A program made the translations under genes and the position numbers. A stretch of 64,000 nucleotides of DNA, from IMG/VR virus record IMGVR_UViG_3300030103_004875. The stretch is one strand, 5' to 3'. The DNA is from a virus. Positions 1-9,673 of this stretch are shown in pieces. Position 1 is the first letter of the stretch. Each line of letters opens with the position of its first letter. The notes under the pieces were generated by a model, which had not been told where the DNA came from, searched no databases, and worked only from the letters and a program-made list of their open reading frames with translations.

Positions 1-670
1 AGAAAGAGTTAGTGTACTTGAAGAGGAACTTAAGGCTGCTGTTGCCGAAAGTTATGAAGAAGAACTAGAATCGTTCAAGGGTGAACTCGTAGAGAGAATT
101 GATGACTACCTCAACTACGTCGTGGAAGAGTGGATGCAAGAGAATGAACTCGCAGTTGAAACTGGAGTTCGTTCTGAAGTTGCAGAGTCATTCATCGAAG
201 GACTCAAGAACCTCTTTGAAACTAACTACATCGACATCCCAGAAGAGAGAGTTGACATACTTGAAAAACTCGTCAACGAGAACGAAGAAGTTAACGATCA
301 ACTCAACGAAGCAATCAACACTAACATAGAACTCTCCAAGGACCTTCTTGGTTACCAAAAGGCAGAACTATTCTCTGAAGTTGCAAATGATTTGAGTGAT
401 GTGCAAATTGATCGATTTGCATCCTTAGCAGAGGGTATTGAATTTGAAAGTGCAGAACAATTTGCTGATAAACTAGTAGTTCTTAAGGAAAGTTACTTTG
501 GAACCGGAGAACCAGCAACACAAGAAGAAGAAGAAGTTGCCGCAACTTCAGTTAGAGCCGCTACTACTTTAAACGAAACCTCTGAAATTAAGAGCCCTAT
601 GGATCTGTATGTTAACACACTGTCCAGACAGTCCTCGCAGAGAAAACTTTACGATAAAAACACCAAATGA
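1..670 (+). CDS. gp22: Prohead core scaffold protein gp22 (5'-truncated by window edge)
   Basis: Frame open from position 2 (ERVSVLEEEL...IDDYLNYVVEEWMQENELAVETGVRSEVAESFIEGLKNLF), typical of gp22; acidic coiled coil; directly upstream of gp23. Confidence 0.92.
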   Translation, partial: ERVSVLEEELKAAVAESYEEELESFKGELVERIDDYLNYVVEEWMQENELAVETGVRSEVAESFIEGLKNLFETNYIDIPEERVDILEKLVNENEEVNDQLNEAINTNIELSKDLLGYQKAELFSEVANDLSDVQIDRFASLAEGIEFESAEQFADKLVVLKESYFGTGEPATQEEEEVAATSVRAATTLNETSEIKSPMDLYVNTLSRQSSQRKLYDKNTK

Positions 671-697
671 CCAACCAGATAAACCAAGGAGATACAC

Positions 698-2191
698 ATG
701 TTATCTGAATTCGAACTCATGAACACACAACCATATGACCAGTTGGTCGAAAAGTGGGGACCTGTTCTTAATCACGACGAATTCGGCGGCTTCGAAGATA
801 GCTACCGAAAGAAAGTTACCGCATCACTTCTTGAAAACCAAGAGCGTGCAATGCAACAACAATACCTTACAGAAACCTCACCAACTAACGCCCTCGGCGC
901 TGGTGCGTTTGGTTACGACACAGGTGCTTCCAACTTAGACACTGGTACACCAGTTTCTCGCTCAACCGGAATTGCTGGTTACGATCCAGTTCTCATTAGT
1001 CTCGTCCGCCGTGCTATGCCAAACCTTCTTGCGTATGACATTGCCGGTGTTCAGCCAATGAGCGCACCAACCGGACTCATCTTTGCGCTTCGTGCTAATT
1101 ACACAAGCCAAACTGATGATCGTGGTAGTGGTGTTGGTGAAGCACTCTTCCAAGAGCCTTACCCACCATTCTCCGGTAACGGTTTCACTTCTGGAGCAAT
1201 CGAAGGAACCACAAGCGGTGGACCTGCTGCTTTCTCTGCAACTGGTGGCGTCGATCCTGACGGTGCGGCCGCTCGCGGTATCACATCTGGTGGTACATTC
1301 CGTGCATCCGTCTTCAATGACAATTTCAGAGCAATGCTCACTGGAACTGCTGAAGGCCTCGGTGGCAGTGGAAACGAAACATTCAGTCAGATGGCATTCA
1401 CCATCGACAGAATCGCCGTTGAAGCTCGTACCAGAGCACTCAAGGCTGAATACAGCACAGAACTTGCTCAGGACCTCAAGGCTGTTCACGGACTCGACGC
1501 AGAGACTGAACTTGCTAACATCCTAAGCACCGAAGTTCTTGCTGAAATCAACCGAGAACTCATCCGTCTTCTCTACTTCAAGGCTAAGAGTGGTGCTCAA
1601 CAGGGTGATCTCACCGACGCAGGTATCTACAACCTCGACACAGACTCTGACGGACGTTGGAGTGCTGAACGATTCCGTGGACTCATGTTCCAAATCGAAC
1701 GTGAGTGCAACACAATCGCTAAGGAAACTCGTCGCGGTAAGGGTAACTTCATCGTAGTTTCTTCTGATGTTGCTTCTGCCCTTGCAATGGGTGGATTCCT
1801 CAACATCTCACCAGCACTCAATGTCCAACTCGACGTTGATGATACTGGTAGAACCTTCGCAGGTGTCCTTAATGGTAGAATCAAGGTTTACATTGATCCC
1901 TACCTTGCAACTAACGTGAACACAGTTCTCGTCGGTTATAAGGGTACATCACCATACGACGCTGGTATGTTCTACTGCCCATACGTTCCACTCCAGATGG
2001 TTCGTGCAGTTGGTGAGAACACCTTCCAGCCTAAGATCGGATTCAAGACCCGATACGGTATGGTTGCAAACCCATTCGTCGGGGGTTCGGATGCGTCTGC
2101 TCGTGACTTCACTACGGGCGGATCTTCTAGTGCTGGTAACCAGTACTACAGACTGTTCAAGGTTGATAACATTCACGGAACAATGACTTGA
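698..2191 (+). CDS. gp23: Major capsid protein gp23
   Basis: DPVLISLVRRAMPNL, GVQPMSAPTGLIFA, SRALKAEY-type motif (TRALKAEYSTELAQDLKAVHGLDAE), YCPYVPLQM, FQPKIGFKTRYG; RBS AAGGAG upstream. Confidence 0.99.
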   Translation: MLSEFELMNTQPYDQLVEKWGPVLNHDEFGGFEDSYRKKVTASLLENQERAMQQQYLTETSPTNALGAGAFGYDTGASNLDTGTPVSRSTGIAGYDPVLISLVRRAMPNLLAYDIAGVQPMSAPTGLIFALRANYTSQTDDRGSGVGEALFQEPYPPFSGNGFTSGAIEGTTSGGPAAFSATGGVDPDGAAARGITSGGTFRASVFNDNFRAMLTGTAEGLGGSGNETFSQMAFTIDRIAVEARTRALKAEYSTELAQDLKAVHGLDAETELANILSTEVLAEINRELIRLLYFKAKSGAQQGDLTDAGIYNLDTDSDGRWSAERFRGLMFQIERECNTIAKETRRGKGNFIVVSSDVASALAMGGFLNISPALNVQLDVDDTGRTFAGVLNGRIKVYIDPYLATNVNTVLVGYKGTSPYDAGMFYCPYVPLQMVRAVGENTFQPKIGFKTRYGMVANPFVGGSDASARDFTTGGSSSAGNQYYRLFKVDNIHGTMT

Positions 2192-2221
2192 CTTCCTGAT
2201 AATATCAAATAAGGTTAGAAG

Positions 2222-2252
2222 AACGGGGGATCTTACGATCCCCCGTTTTTTT
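2222..2252 (+). terminator. Rho-independent terminator after gp23
   Basis: AACGGGGGATC-ttac-GATCCCCCGTT stem-loop followed by a T run. Confidence 0.93.
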
Positions 2253-2253
2253 A

Positions 2254-2261
2254 TATACATA
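2254..2261 (+). promoter_or_regulatory. Putative gp55-dependent late promoter (TATACATA variant of TATAAATA)
   Basis: Lies just after the terminator and 5 nt before the gp3 ATG; same variant at 39509. Confidence 0.6.
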
Positions 2262-2266
2262 GTAGT

Positions 2267-2851
2267 ATGGCCGGAGAAACTGCTTCAATCCCAGACATTA
2301 CCTACAGATCCTACGGTATAACATCCGGAGGAACTGCGGGATTACCACAGGATGATAATCTTCTAAATCGTAATTACTTTAGATTCACCATCCAAAGAAT
2401 ACCAAATTTTGAAAGATTTGTAAGAAGCGTATTAGTGCCACCATTTAGATTTGGTGAACTTGTTCAACCAACAACACTGAATTTGGATATAAAATTGGCA
2501 GGAGGTAGTTTTGACTTTTTACCTCTTCAAGTAGGATTTGTTCTAGATGAGAGATTCTTATCTTACATCGAATTATATAATTGGATGACTTCTATTGGTA
2601 TGTTCAAGAATGATACGACAATTGAGAGAGAAGCTATAACATCTGATGCAACATTGCTAGTAACAAACAGTGCATATAGACCCCAATACAGAATTGTTTT
2701 CAAGGATCTATATCCGATAGCACTAGGGGAATTGGATTTCACTTCGGCAGAACCAATATCCTCACCTCTGATATCTAATGTAACTTTTAACTATACTCGA
2801 TTCGAAATATATAATGCAAATGGAAACTTATGTGATAACCTATTGGGATAA
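2267..2851 (+). CDS. gp3: Tail completion / tail tube terminator gp3-like
   Basis: NLLNRNYFRFTIQRIPN..., FVLDERFLSYIELYNWM, FKDLYPIALGELDF; position after gp23 and before uvsY, as in marine T4-like phages. Confidence 0.8.
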   Translation: MAGETASIPDITYRSYGITSGGTAGLPQDDNLLNRNYFRFTIQRIPNFERFVRSVLVPPFRFGELVQPTTLNLDIKLAGGSFDFLPLQVGFVLDERFLSYIELYNWMTSIGMFKNDTTIEREAITSDATLLVTNSAYRPQYRIVFKDLYPIALGELDFTSAEPISSPLISNVTFNYTRFEIYNANGNLCDNLLG

Positions 2852-2857
2852 CAGTGA

Positions 2858-3292
2858 ATGAACTTAAGTGATTATCAAAATTATGCAAAAAATGATCTTA
2901 TACTCGATGAAACTCAACTAGACACAGAATCTTTAAAAACACCTCAACTCCATTCAAAATACTTAAATTTTTTGATGGATGAAAAACTTAGATTAACTAA
3001 ACTTCAACATGAGTATAAGGTGATTCGAAGAAAGAAGTGGCTGTACTATACAGGTAAAATGTCTCAGGAAGAACTAGAAGAAGAGGACTGGGAACCATTC
3101 GAACTTACAATACTGAAAACGGATTTGGATAAATTTTTAGATTCCGACGAGGATCTACAATTAATTGACATGCGTATGAAATATAAAGAAACTATTGTTG
3201 ATTATCTAAACGAAATCATAAAAGTAATTAACAATAGACAGTGGAACATACGTTCTGCCATAGACTGGCTGAAATTTACGAATGGACAATGA
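2858..3292 (+). CDS. uvsY: Recombination mediator UvsY
   Basis: ESLKTPQLHSKYL, KWLYYTGK, NRQWNIRSAIDWLKF. Confidence 0.93.
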   Translation: MNLSDYQNYAKNDLILDETQLDTESLKTPQLHSKYLNFLMDEKLRLTKLQHEYKVIRRKKWLYYTGKMSQEELEEEDWEPFELTILKTDLDKFLDSDEDLQLIDMRMKYKETIVDYLNEIIKVINNRQWNIRSAIDWLKFTNGQ

Positions 3293-4803
3293 TGAGTGAT
3301 CTGATCATACGACAAATAGATGCCGTACATCTAAAAATAGAAAGTGAAAAATCAATAGCAAAAGAACTCAGTGATTTTTTCACATTCTATGTTCCGAATT
3401 ATCAGTACACCCCAGCATTTAAGAATAAATATTGGGATGGTCAGATAAGACTATTCAATTTATTCAATCGCACAATATATGTCGGACTTAAAGATTACAT
3501 TCAAAAATTCTGTGATGATAGAAATTACTCATACACATTCACAGAAGAAAAAGAAATGGCTCAATGTGATGATGCAGAGGACTTCATAAACACACTGAGT
3601 CTAACTGCCAATGGTAAACCCATAAAGATTCATGATCACCAAAAAAAGGCTTTTCTTGATTCTCTGGTAAAGAAAAGAACTTTACTCATATCTCCCACGG
3701 GTTCAGGTAAGTCTCTAATAATTTATTGCCTAGTTCGCTATCTTCTTAGATGTACAGAGGGTAAAATTTTAGTAGTTGTCCCCACAACTAATCTTGTAAA
3801 TCAAATGAGGTCCGATTTCGAAGACTACGGGTCAAATGACTCGTTCAATATTTCAGACGAAATCCATACCATATTTTCTGGACAGGAAAAACAAACAGAC
3901 AGAAGAGTGGTAATTTCAACGTGGCAGAGTTTATATACACTTCCAGAATCATACTTTGATCAATTCGAATCTGTGTTTGGAGATGAGTGTCATTTATTCA
4001 AAGCCAAATCATTGTCTGGGCTGATGGAAAAGATGAAGAACGCATACTACCGATTTGGCACAACGGGAACATTAGATGACTCAAAAACACACAAGTTGGT
4101 AATCGAAGGACTATTTGGTCCTGCGGTCAAAGTGACATCAACCACAGAGTTGATGAAAAAGAAAATTCTATCTAAACTAAAAATTCACTGCCTTACCCTG
4201 AAACACAATGAAGAATCTTGTAATGAAATGAAGAGAAAGAAGTATCAGGAAGAGATAGATTGGTTGGTTCAGAATAAGGACAGAAACCAGTTTATAGTAG
4301 ATTTGGCAAAAAAGTTAAACGGAAATACTTTGATACTTTTCAATTTTGTCAATAAGCATGGCATTCCTCTGAATGAATTAATGGAAACTCAGATCACAGA
4401 CAGACCCATATACATGATTCATGGTAAAACTGACGTAGATGAAAGAGAGATGATTCGTAAGGTTGTTGATAAAAATAAGACATCCATTTTACTGGCATCA
4501 TATGGTACATGTTCCACGGGAATCAATATTCGCAATATTCACAACATTATCTTTGCTTCACCGTCCAAATCCGTAATTCGAGTCCTCCAATCGATTGGAA
4601 GAGGTTTAAGGACTTCTGAGGGTAAAAATAAAGCAATTGTCTATGACATATCAGATAATTTATCGTATAAAAAGTACACAAACCATACGATGAATCATCT
4701 GGAGGAGAGAATCAAAATATATACTAATGAGAAGTTTGATTATGATATTTCTAACATCCGCTTAGGAGGACCTCTCGATGAAAACAACGTACAGAGTCAT
4801 TAA
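3289..4803 (+). CDS. uvsW: RNA-DNA/DNA-DNA helicase UvsW (SF2)
   Basis: WDGQIRLF, SPTGSGKS, DECH, TTGT, QSIGRGLR; ATG at 3289/3292 overlaps the uvsY stop. Confidence 0.96.
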   Translation: MMSDLIIRQIDAVHLKIESEKSIAKELSDFFTFYVPNYQYTPAFKNKYWDGQIRLFNLFNRTIYVGLKDYIQKFCDDRNYSYTFTEEKEMAQCDDAEDFINTLSLTANGKPIKIHDHQKKAFLDSLVKKRTLLISPTGSGKSLIIYCLVRYLLRCTEGKILVVVPTTNLVNQMRSDFEDYGSNDSFNISDEIHTIFSGQEKQTDRRVVISTWQSLYTLPESYFDQFESVFGDECHLFKAKSLSGLMEKMKNAYYRFGTTGTLDDSKTHKLVIEGLFGPAVKVTSTTELMKKKILSKLKIHCLTLKHNEESCNEMKRKKYQEEIDWLVQNKDRNQFIVDLAKKLNGNTLILFNFVNKHGIPLNELMETQITDRPIYMIHGKTDVDEREMIRKVVDKNKTSILLASYGTCSTGINIRNIHNIIFASPSKSVIRVLQSIGRGLRTSEGKNKAIVYDISDNLSYKKYTNHTMNHLEERIKIYTNEKFDYDISNIRLGGPLDENNVQSH

Positions 4804-5515
4804 GTTAAATAGCGGAGAAGAGATAATAGCCAAAATAAAGGGGGAAATCGAAGGCAATATGCTGATCGAAAGACCTATGATTTTCAAGTCATCTGCGGCA
4901 TTTGATGGATTTGGTAATCAAAAGGAAGTGACTTACTTGAGAAACTGGCTATCCTTTTCTAATCAGATAGAGACTAAAATTTCAAAGAATAATATCCTAA
5001 CAGTTCTTGAACCAGATTCTCATGTCATATCTTTATATGACAAAGAAAAAGAACGAGAGGATACCAAGCCGGACAATCCAACATTAGGTCCTATGAAATT
5101 GAATCCAATGAATAAAAAGAACTTGGAAGATTTTATGGATGAATTGGAAGATATGGTTGATCCTAATCTAAATGAAGATATGGATCCCGATATGGAACCA
5201 GAGGAGTACCTGAAAAAAATGGGATTTGATCCGGATCAATTATCCAATATCATGGATCAATTTTTCGGTTCTGATAATGAAGCCATAAATGAAAAGGAAT
5301 TGGTAAATCTCAATATATCTTTTGATGCCAAAATATTGAAAACGCTAGTTGATAATGATATAATACCACCAGAGTACCTTTTACGGTTAATTGATAAATT
5401 CGAAAACGGAAAAAGTATTAGTGATGAATTTACTGGAGACGAAAAAGATCGGGAAGATTTTGGTAACAAGTGGACTGATTGGAATCAGAATCCTGACAGC
5501 GAAGACTACCAATGA
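4778..5515 (+). CDS. Conserved T4-like protein with N-terminal Sm-like domain and acidic tail
   Basis: N-terminal IKLNSGEEIIAK..IERPM..W pattern, commonly found between uvsW and gp55. Confidence 0.6.
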   Translation: MKTTYRVIKLNSGEEIIAKIKGEIEGNMLIERPMIFKSSAAFDGFGNQKEVTYLRNWLSFSNQIETKISKNNILTVLEPDSHVISLYDKEKEREDTKPDNPTLGPMKLNPMNKKNLEDFMDELEDMVDPNLNEDMDPDMEPEEYLKKMGFDPDQLSNIMDQFFGSDNEAINEKELVNLNISFDAKILKTLVDNDIIPPEYLLRLIDKFENGKSISDEFTGDEKDREDFGNKWTDWNQNPDSEDYQ

Positions 5516-5566
5516 CTCACTAGGCCCTAGGCCTTACACTATTCCTTATGCTCCCGGACACAGAGG

Positions 5567-5595
5567 ATTTTAAACGCACCCCTAATTTTTGTCAA
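5567..5595 (-). promoter_or_regulatory. Leftward sigma70-type promoter (TTGACA-17-TAAAAT)
   Basis: + strand tgtcaa 5590-5595 and atttta 5567-5572; no gene follows on this strand. Confidence 0.55.
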
Positions 5596-5603
5596 GTAAA
5601 AAC

Positions 5604-5631
5604 TTGACAAAATAAAATACGAGTATAAAAT
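5604..5631 (+). promoter_or_regulatory. Sigma70-type promoter for gp55 (TTGACA-16-TAAAAT), probably leaderless
   Basis: TTGACA 5604-5609, TAAAAT 5626-5631, ATG 5638, no Shine-Dalgarno. Confidence 0.7.
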
Positions 5632-5637
5632 ATTAGC

Positions 5638-6144
5638 ATGAGTGATAACCATTATGTAGATAATAAAGAATTCCTAAAGGCTATGAGCGAATGGTTGGTT
5701 CTTGTAAAAGAAGCCAACGAAATGGATGAAAAGCGTCCTCCATTAACGAATTACATAGCAGAGTGTTTTCTTAAGATAGCAGAAAATCTTTCTCGTAAAG
5801 GAAACTTTATAAAGTATCCATATAGAGATGAGATGATTGGAGATGCAATTGAAAACTGTATATTGTACGCTCACAATTTTAACCCAGAAAAATCATCAAA
5901 CCCTTTCTCATATTTCACTCAAATAATATATTTTGCTTTTCTTCGAAGAATAGAAAAAGAGAAGAAACAACTTTATATTAAGTATAAGTTAGCTGAAGAA
6001 AAGGATATTGATGGAACTTTACATAAATGGTTCAAAGAAAATTATTTTGAAAAAGATAGTGAAAAAGAAGCCATGAAAGAACATTTTCAATTAAATGATA
6101 ATGACTTGACAAAATTTAAGGGTAACAAAAAGAAGACAAAATGA
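5638..6144 (+). CDS. gp55: Late-transcription sigma factor gp55
   Basis: HYVDNKEFL, YIAECFLKIA, YRDEMIGDAIEN, NFNPEKSSNPFSYFTQIIYFAFLRRIEKEKKQ. Confidence 0.98.
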   Translation: MSDNHYVDNKEFLKAMSEWLVLVKEANEMDEKRPPLTNYIAECFLKIAENLSRKGNFIKYPYRDEMIGDAIENCILYAHNFNPEKSSNPFSYFTQIIYFAFLRRIEKEKKQLYIKYKLAEEKDIDGTLHKWFKENYFEKDSEKEAMKEHFQLNDNDLTKFKGNKKKTK

Positions 6145-7214
6145 AAATCGCTTTAATTAACGACACTCATTTCGGTGCCAGAAATGATTCTCCAGTATTT
6201 TTGGATCATTTTATATCTTTCTTTGAGGACAAGTTCTTTCCGTATTGTGAAGAACATAACATAGACACTGTAATACATCTGGGCGATTTCTTCGACAGAA
6301 GAAAGTTTATAAATTTCAATACTCTTAACAAGACTAGATCCCAGATCATAGATGTTTTCGATGAGAAGAAAATTAATCTTCATATACTGCTGGGTAATCA
6401 CGATACTTATTATAAAAATACCAATAAAATAAACTCACTCACAGAAATCATTGGTAACAAGTATGATAATATAAAAATTTATAATGAACCCGAAGTTTTA
6501 GAAATGGACGGGTTGTGTATAGGTATTGTTCCTTGGATAAACGCAGAAAACCACGACGAATCAATTGAGTTTTTGAATAATTGTAAGTGTCCAATTATCA
6601 TGGGGCATTTTGAATTAAATGGTTATGAAGTAATGAAAGGCGTTAAGTTTGATGGAGGAATGTCAGATGCTCCATTAAAAAGATTCGAAATGGTTTTGTC
6701 TGGGCATTTTCATGGTAAAAGTTCTAAAAATAATGTAGTATATCTTGGAACTCAGTATGAAATAACTTTTGGTGATATTCACGAACAGAGGGGGTTTCAT
6801 ATATTAGACACCTCGACCCGAGAACTAAAATTTGTTCCAAATACAGATAGGATGTTCTATACGTTAGAGTACAATGACACTGATCAAGAAAATACGGAAT
6901 CTCTTATAAATAGTATAGACGAATCTTTTCGGGATAAGTATGTAAAAATAGTTGTAGTGAATAGAGATAAGCATCATTTATTTGACTCATTGATTGAAAA
7001 ATTGTATGAAGTAAACGTATCTGATGTTTCGGTGATAGAAGATTATAGAGAAATTTTTAATGATGAAGAAGACGTAGATTTAGCACAAGATACATTAACC
7101 ATTATAAACTCTGAATTGGAGAGTTTGGATGTGGATGATGTTGATTTGGATGCACTTAAAAAAATTATGAGAACCTTGTATATGGAGAGTTTATCAGATG
7201 ACAGACACAGTTGA
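6141..7214 (+). CDS. gp47: Recombination endonuclease subunit gp47 (Mre11/SbcD-like)
   Basis: DTHFG, HLGDFFDRRK, GNHD, GHFE, SGHFH metallophosphoesterase motifs. Confidence 0.97.
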   Translation: MKIALINDTHFGARNDSPVFLDHFISFFEDKFFPYCEEHNIDTVIHLGDFFDRRKFINFNTLNKTRSQIIDVFDEKKINLHILLGNHDTYYKNTNKINSLTEIIGNKYDNIKIYNEPEVLEMDGLCIGIVPWINAENHDESIEFLNNCKCPIIMGHFELNGYEVMKGVKFDGGMSDAPLKRFEMVLSGHFHGKSSKNNVVYLGTQYEITFGDIHEQRGFHILDTSTRELKFVPNTDRMFYTLEYNDTDQENTESLINSIDESFRDKYVKIVVVNRDKHHLFDSLIEKLYEVNVSDVSVIEDYREIFNDEEDVDLAQDTLTIINSELESLDVDDVDLDALKKIMRTLYMESLSDDRHS

Positions 7215-7929
7215 AAAGACAGAAGAAAATATTACAGAGCCGGTAAAGCCTGTAAAGCCTGTACAGGAAGTTTTTGACCCTCGTGAATGGGCAAGGAAAA
7301 CTTCTGGGGCGTATCGATATGATACAATGGTAGATAATACACATATGACTCATGTAAACAGACCAAAGGTTATTCCAGTGAAAGAATCGTTTGAATGTAA
7401 TTCTCAATATATTAATAATATTGATGGTACTTTCGATGTAAAGGCAACTAAAGATATTAACGGTGGTGGACTTATTGAAGAATGTCACTATTGGATCTTA
7501 GAGTCTAGACTTAATGATTTTATCAAGGGCACAAAGGACAAAATTGGTGTTCGTTTACTATGGACTGTTCCTTGTGATGAAAACACTCACGGCTGTGAAG
7601 AGTTTGGACCTCACATAATCATTCCTCGCGGTAATGCAATGTCATATCGTCCGGCCGAATCCCCGAACGCTTACTTCGAATTTGATGAAGTAACCAGAAC
7701 CATTCGTTTCTTTGCCCTCCGACCTATTGCAGAGGGAGAAAGTATTACAATTCCTGTGCCTTCACCAGAAGCAATTGGACCTTCTGGGATTTCGGCAGAA
7801 GAATTCCAGAATATATCTGGTCTTGTTTTGTCCACTCCCGGTGCTGCTAAACCAGGCGGTTGTGGTAGTTGTGCGAAGAAGGCAGAGGAAAGAAAGCAGT
7901 TCCGTGATAGGAGTAAGGAAACTTCGTGA
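7198..7929 (+). CDS. SET-domain-like protein with degenerate NHS motif
   Basis: VKATKDINGGGLIEEC and SYRPAESPNA..FFALRPIAEGESITI match SET motifs; C-terminal GGCGSC. Confidence 0.65.
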   Translation: MTDTVEKTEENITEPVKPVKPVQEVFDPREWARKTSGAYRYDTMVDNTHMTHVNRPKVIPVKESFECNSQYINNIDGTFDVKATKDINGGGLIEECHYWILESRLNDFIKGTKDKIGVRLLWTVPCDENTHGCEEFGPHIIIPRGNAMSYRPAESPNAYFEFDEVTRTIRFFALRPIAEGESITIPVPSPEAIGPSGISAEEFQNISGLVLSTPGAAKPGGCGSCAKKAEERKQFRDRSKETS

Positions 7930-7948
7930 ATTTCTTTGTAAGTAAGTT

Positions 7949-9673
7949 ATGATAAATTTTACAAAACTACGTTTCAAAAATTTTGGTTCATTTGGAAATA
8001 GTTTTACTGAAATAGACTTTACCGAAAAGGGCTTGATTCTGGTAACAGGATTAAATGGTCATGGGAAATCGTTTGCATATCTCGATGCCCTGACCTTTGC
8101 CCTTTTCGGTAAACCTTTTCGTAAAATTAACATGCCTCAGCTTGTTAATAGTATAAATTTAAAGAATTGTTTAGTAGAAGTTTATTTTACGATCGGTAAT
8201 ACTGAATACAAAATTGTTCGGGGATTGTCCCCCAAAGTCTTTGAAATTTTCAAGGACGGGGAAATGTTGGATCAGGATGCGAAGTCTAAAGACTACCAGA
8301 ATATTATAGAAGAACAAATATTAAAAATGAACTACAAGACGTTCACTCAAGTTGTTATTCTTGGTAGGTCTTCATTTATTCCTTTCATGCAGTTATCCCC
8401 AACAGATCGCCGGGTAGTCATTGAAAACATATTGGATATAAATATATTTTCTACGATGAATAGTATTGCAAAAGCAAAACTGTCTATAATTAAGGATTAT
8501 ATAAATGACATTCTCAGTAAAATTGAGGCCGCAAAAGAAAAAATCTCTTTCCAAGAGAAGTACATCCAAAAAATTGAAAGTCAAAGCAAAGAATCCACGA
8601 CTAAACTTGAAGACCAAATTAAAGATAGTTTGATTCTAATTGAGAAATGTTCTAATGAAATAAAATCATTAGAGACAAATCATGTAGCATCAGATGATAT
8701 CAGAAAAAAATCATTAGCAATAAGGTCAGAGATATCAAAGATGTCATCTCTTCGTGATCAAATTGTCAATAATATACAGTCAAATCAAAAAGATATTGAT
8801 TTTTATGAAGACAATGATTCATGTCCGGTTTGTAAACAAAGTATAGAGGAAATGTTCAGGTCTTCTAAACTTGAAACTTCAAACTTGAAGAAGGGTGAGT
8901 TGGAGGATGGCTTGGTTCTTTTGAAGGAGAAACTTTCTGAAAAGGAACTTCTTATAAAGGATATTGAAATACAGTATAAATCTTCTTTAGATATTGAAAA
9001 GAAAATAGCATCCAACAAGAGTCTATTAGAATCATCAGAAGATCAAGTCAAAAAACTTCAGAAACAAATCGATTCATTTGATCCTAATGAAGAAGAACTT
9101 CGTGAAGAAATTAAAACAAAAAATATGTTGGAGGGTCAAATTGAGTCTCTCGATGAACAATTGGAACAGAGAAAAAAAGAACAATTAAATTATAAAATTT
9201 GTGTTTCTCTTCTCAAGGATAGTGGAATTAAATCTAAAATCATAAAGCACTATCTTCCAGTGGTGAATAAAGTCATCAATAAGTTTCTTAAGAGTATGAA
9301 TTTCTTTACCCAATTCGAATTGGACGAAGAATTTAACGAGATAATTAAGAGCCGTTTTCGTGATAAGTTTAGTTACATGAGTTTCAGTGAGGGTGAAAAA
9401 CTTAGAATTGATCTTGCCTTACTGTTTGCTTGGAGAGAAGTAGCAAAACTAAAGAATAGTGCAAACTGCAATCTTCTGATACTTGATGAAATTTTTGATT
9501 CTTCACTGGACTCTATGGGAACGGAAGAACTCATGAAGACTCTTCATGGAGTTGGATTGGATGGTACTGTCTGTATTATTAGTCATAGAATGGATTCGAT
9601 GGTTGATAAATTTACAAAGGCATATCAAGTAAAGAAGATAAAGAATTTCTCTAAGTTGGTTCCGGTTAAGTGA
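7949..9673 (+). CDS. gp46: Recombination ATPase subunit gp46 (Rad50/SbcC-like)
   Basis: GLNGHGKS, CPVC zinc hook, FSEGEKLRIDLAL, LILDEIFDSSLD. Confidence 0.97.
   Translation: MINFTKLRFKNFGSFGNSFTEIDFTEKGLILVTGLNGHGKSFAYLDALTFALFGKPFRKINMPQLVNSINLKNCLVEVYFTIGNTEYKIVRGLSPKVFEIFKDGEMLDQDAKSKDYQNIIEEQILKMNYKTFTQVVILGRSSFIPFMQLSPTDRRVVIENILDINIFSTMNSIAKAKLSIIKDYINDILSKIEAAKEKISFQEKYIQKIESQSKESTTKLEDQIKDSLILIEKCSNEIKSLETNHVASDDIRKKSLAIRSEISKMSSLRDQIVNNIQSNQKDIDFYEDNDSCPVCKQSIEEMFRSSKLETSNLKKGELEDGLVLLKEKLSEKELLIKDIEIQYKSSLDIEKKIASNKSLLESSEDQVKKLQKQIDSFDPNEEELREEIKTKNMLEGQIESLDEQLEQRKKEQLNYKICVSLLKDSGIKSKIIKHYLPVVNKVINKFLKSMNFFTQFELDEEFNEIIKSRFRDKFSYMSFSEGEKLRIDLALLFAWREVAKLKNSANCNLLILDEIFDSSLDSMGTEELMKTLHGVGLDGTVCIISHRMDSMVDKFTKAYQVKKIKNFSKLVPVK

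Noticed and set aside
735-2260. Alternative-frame and antisense ORFs over gp23 (and similar shadow ORFs throughout)
   Set aside because: They overlap well-supported genes, lack motifs and RBSs, and are expected from codon bias.
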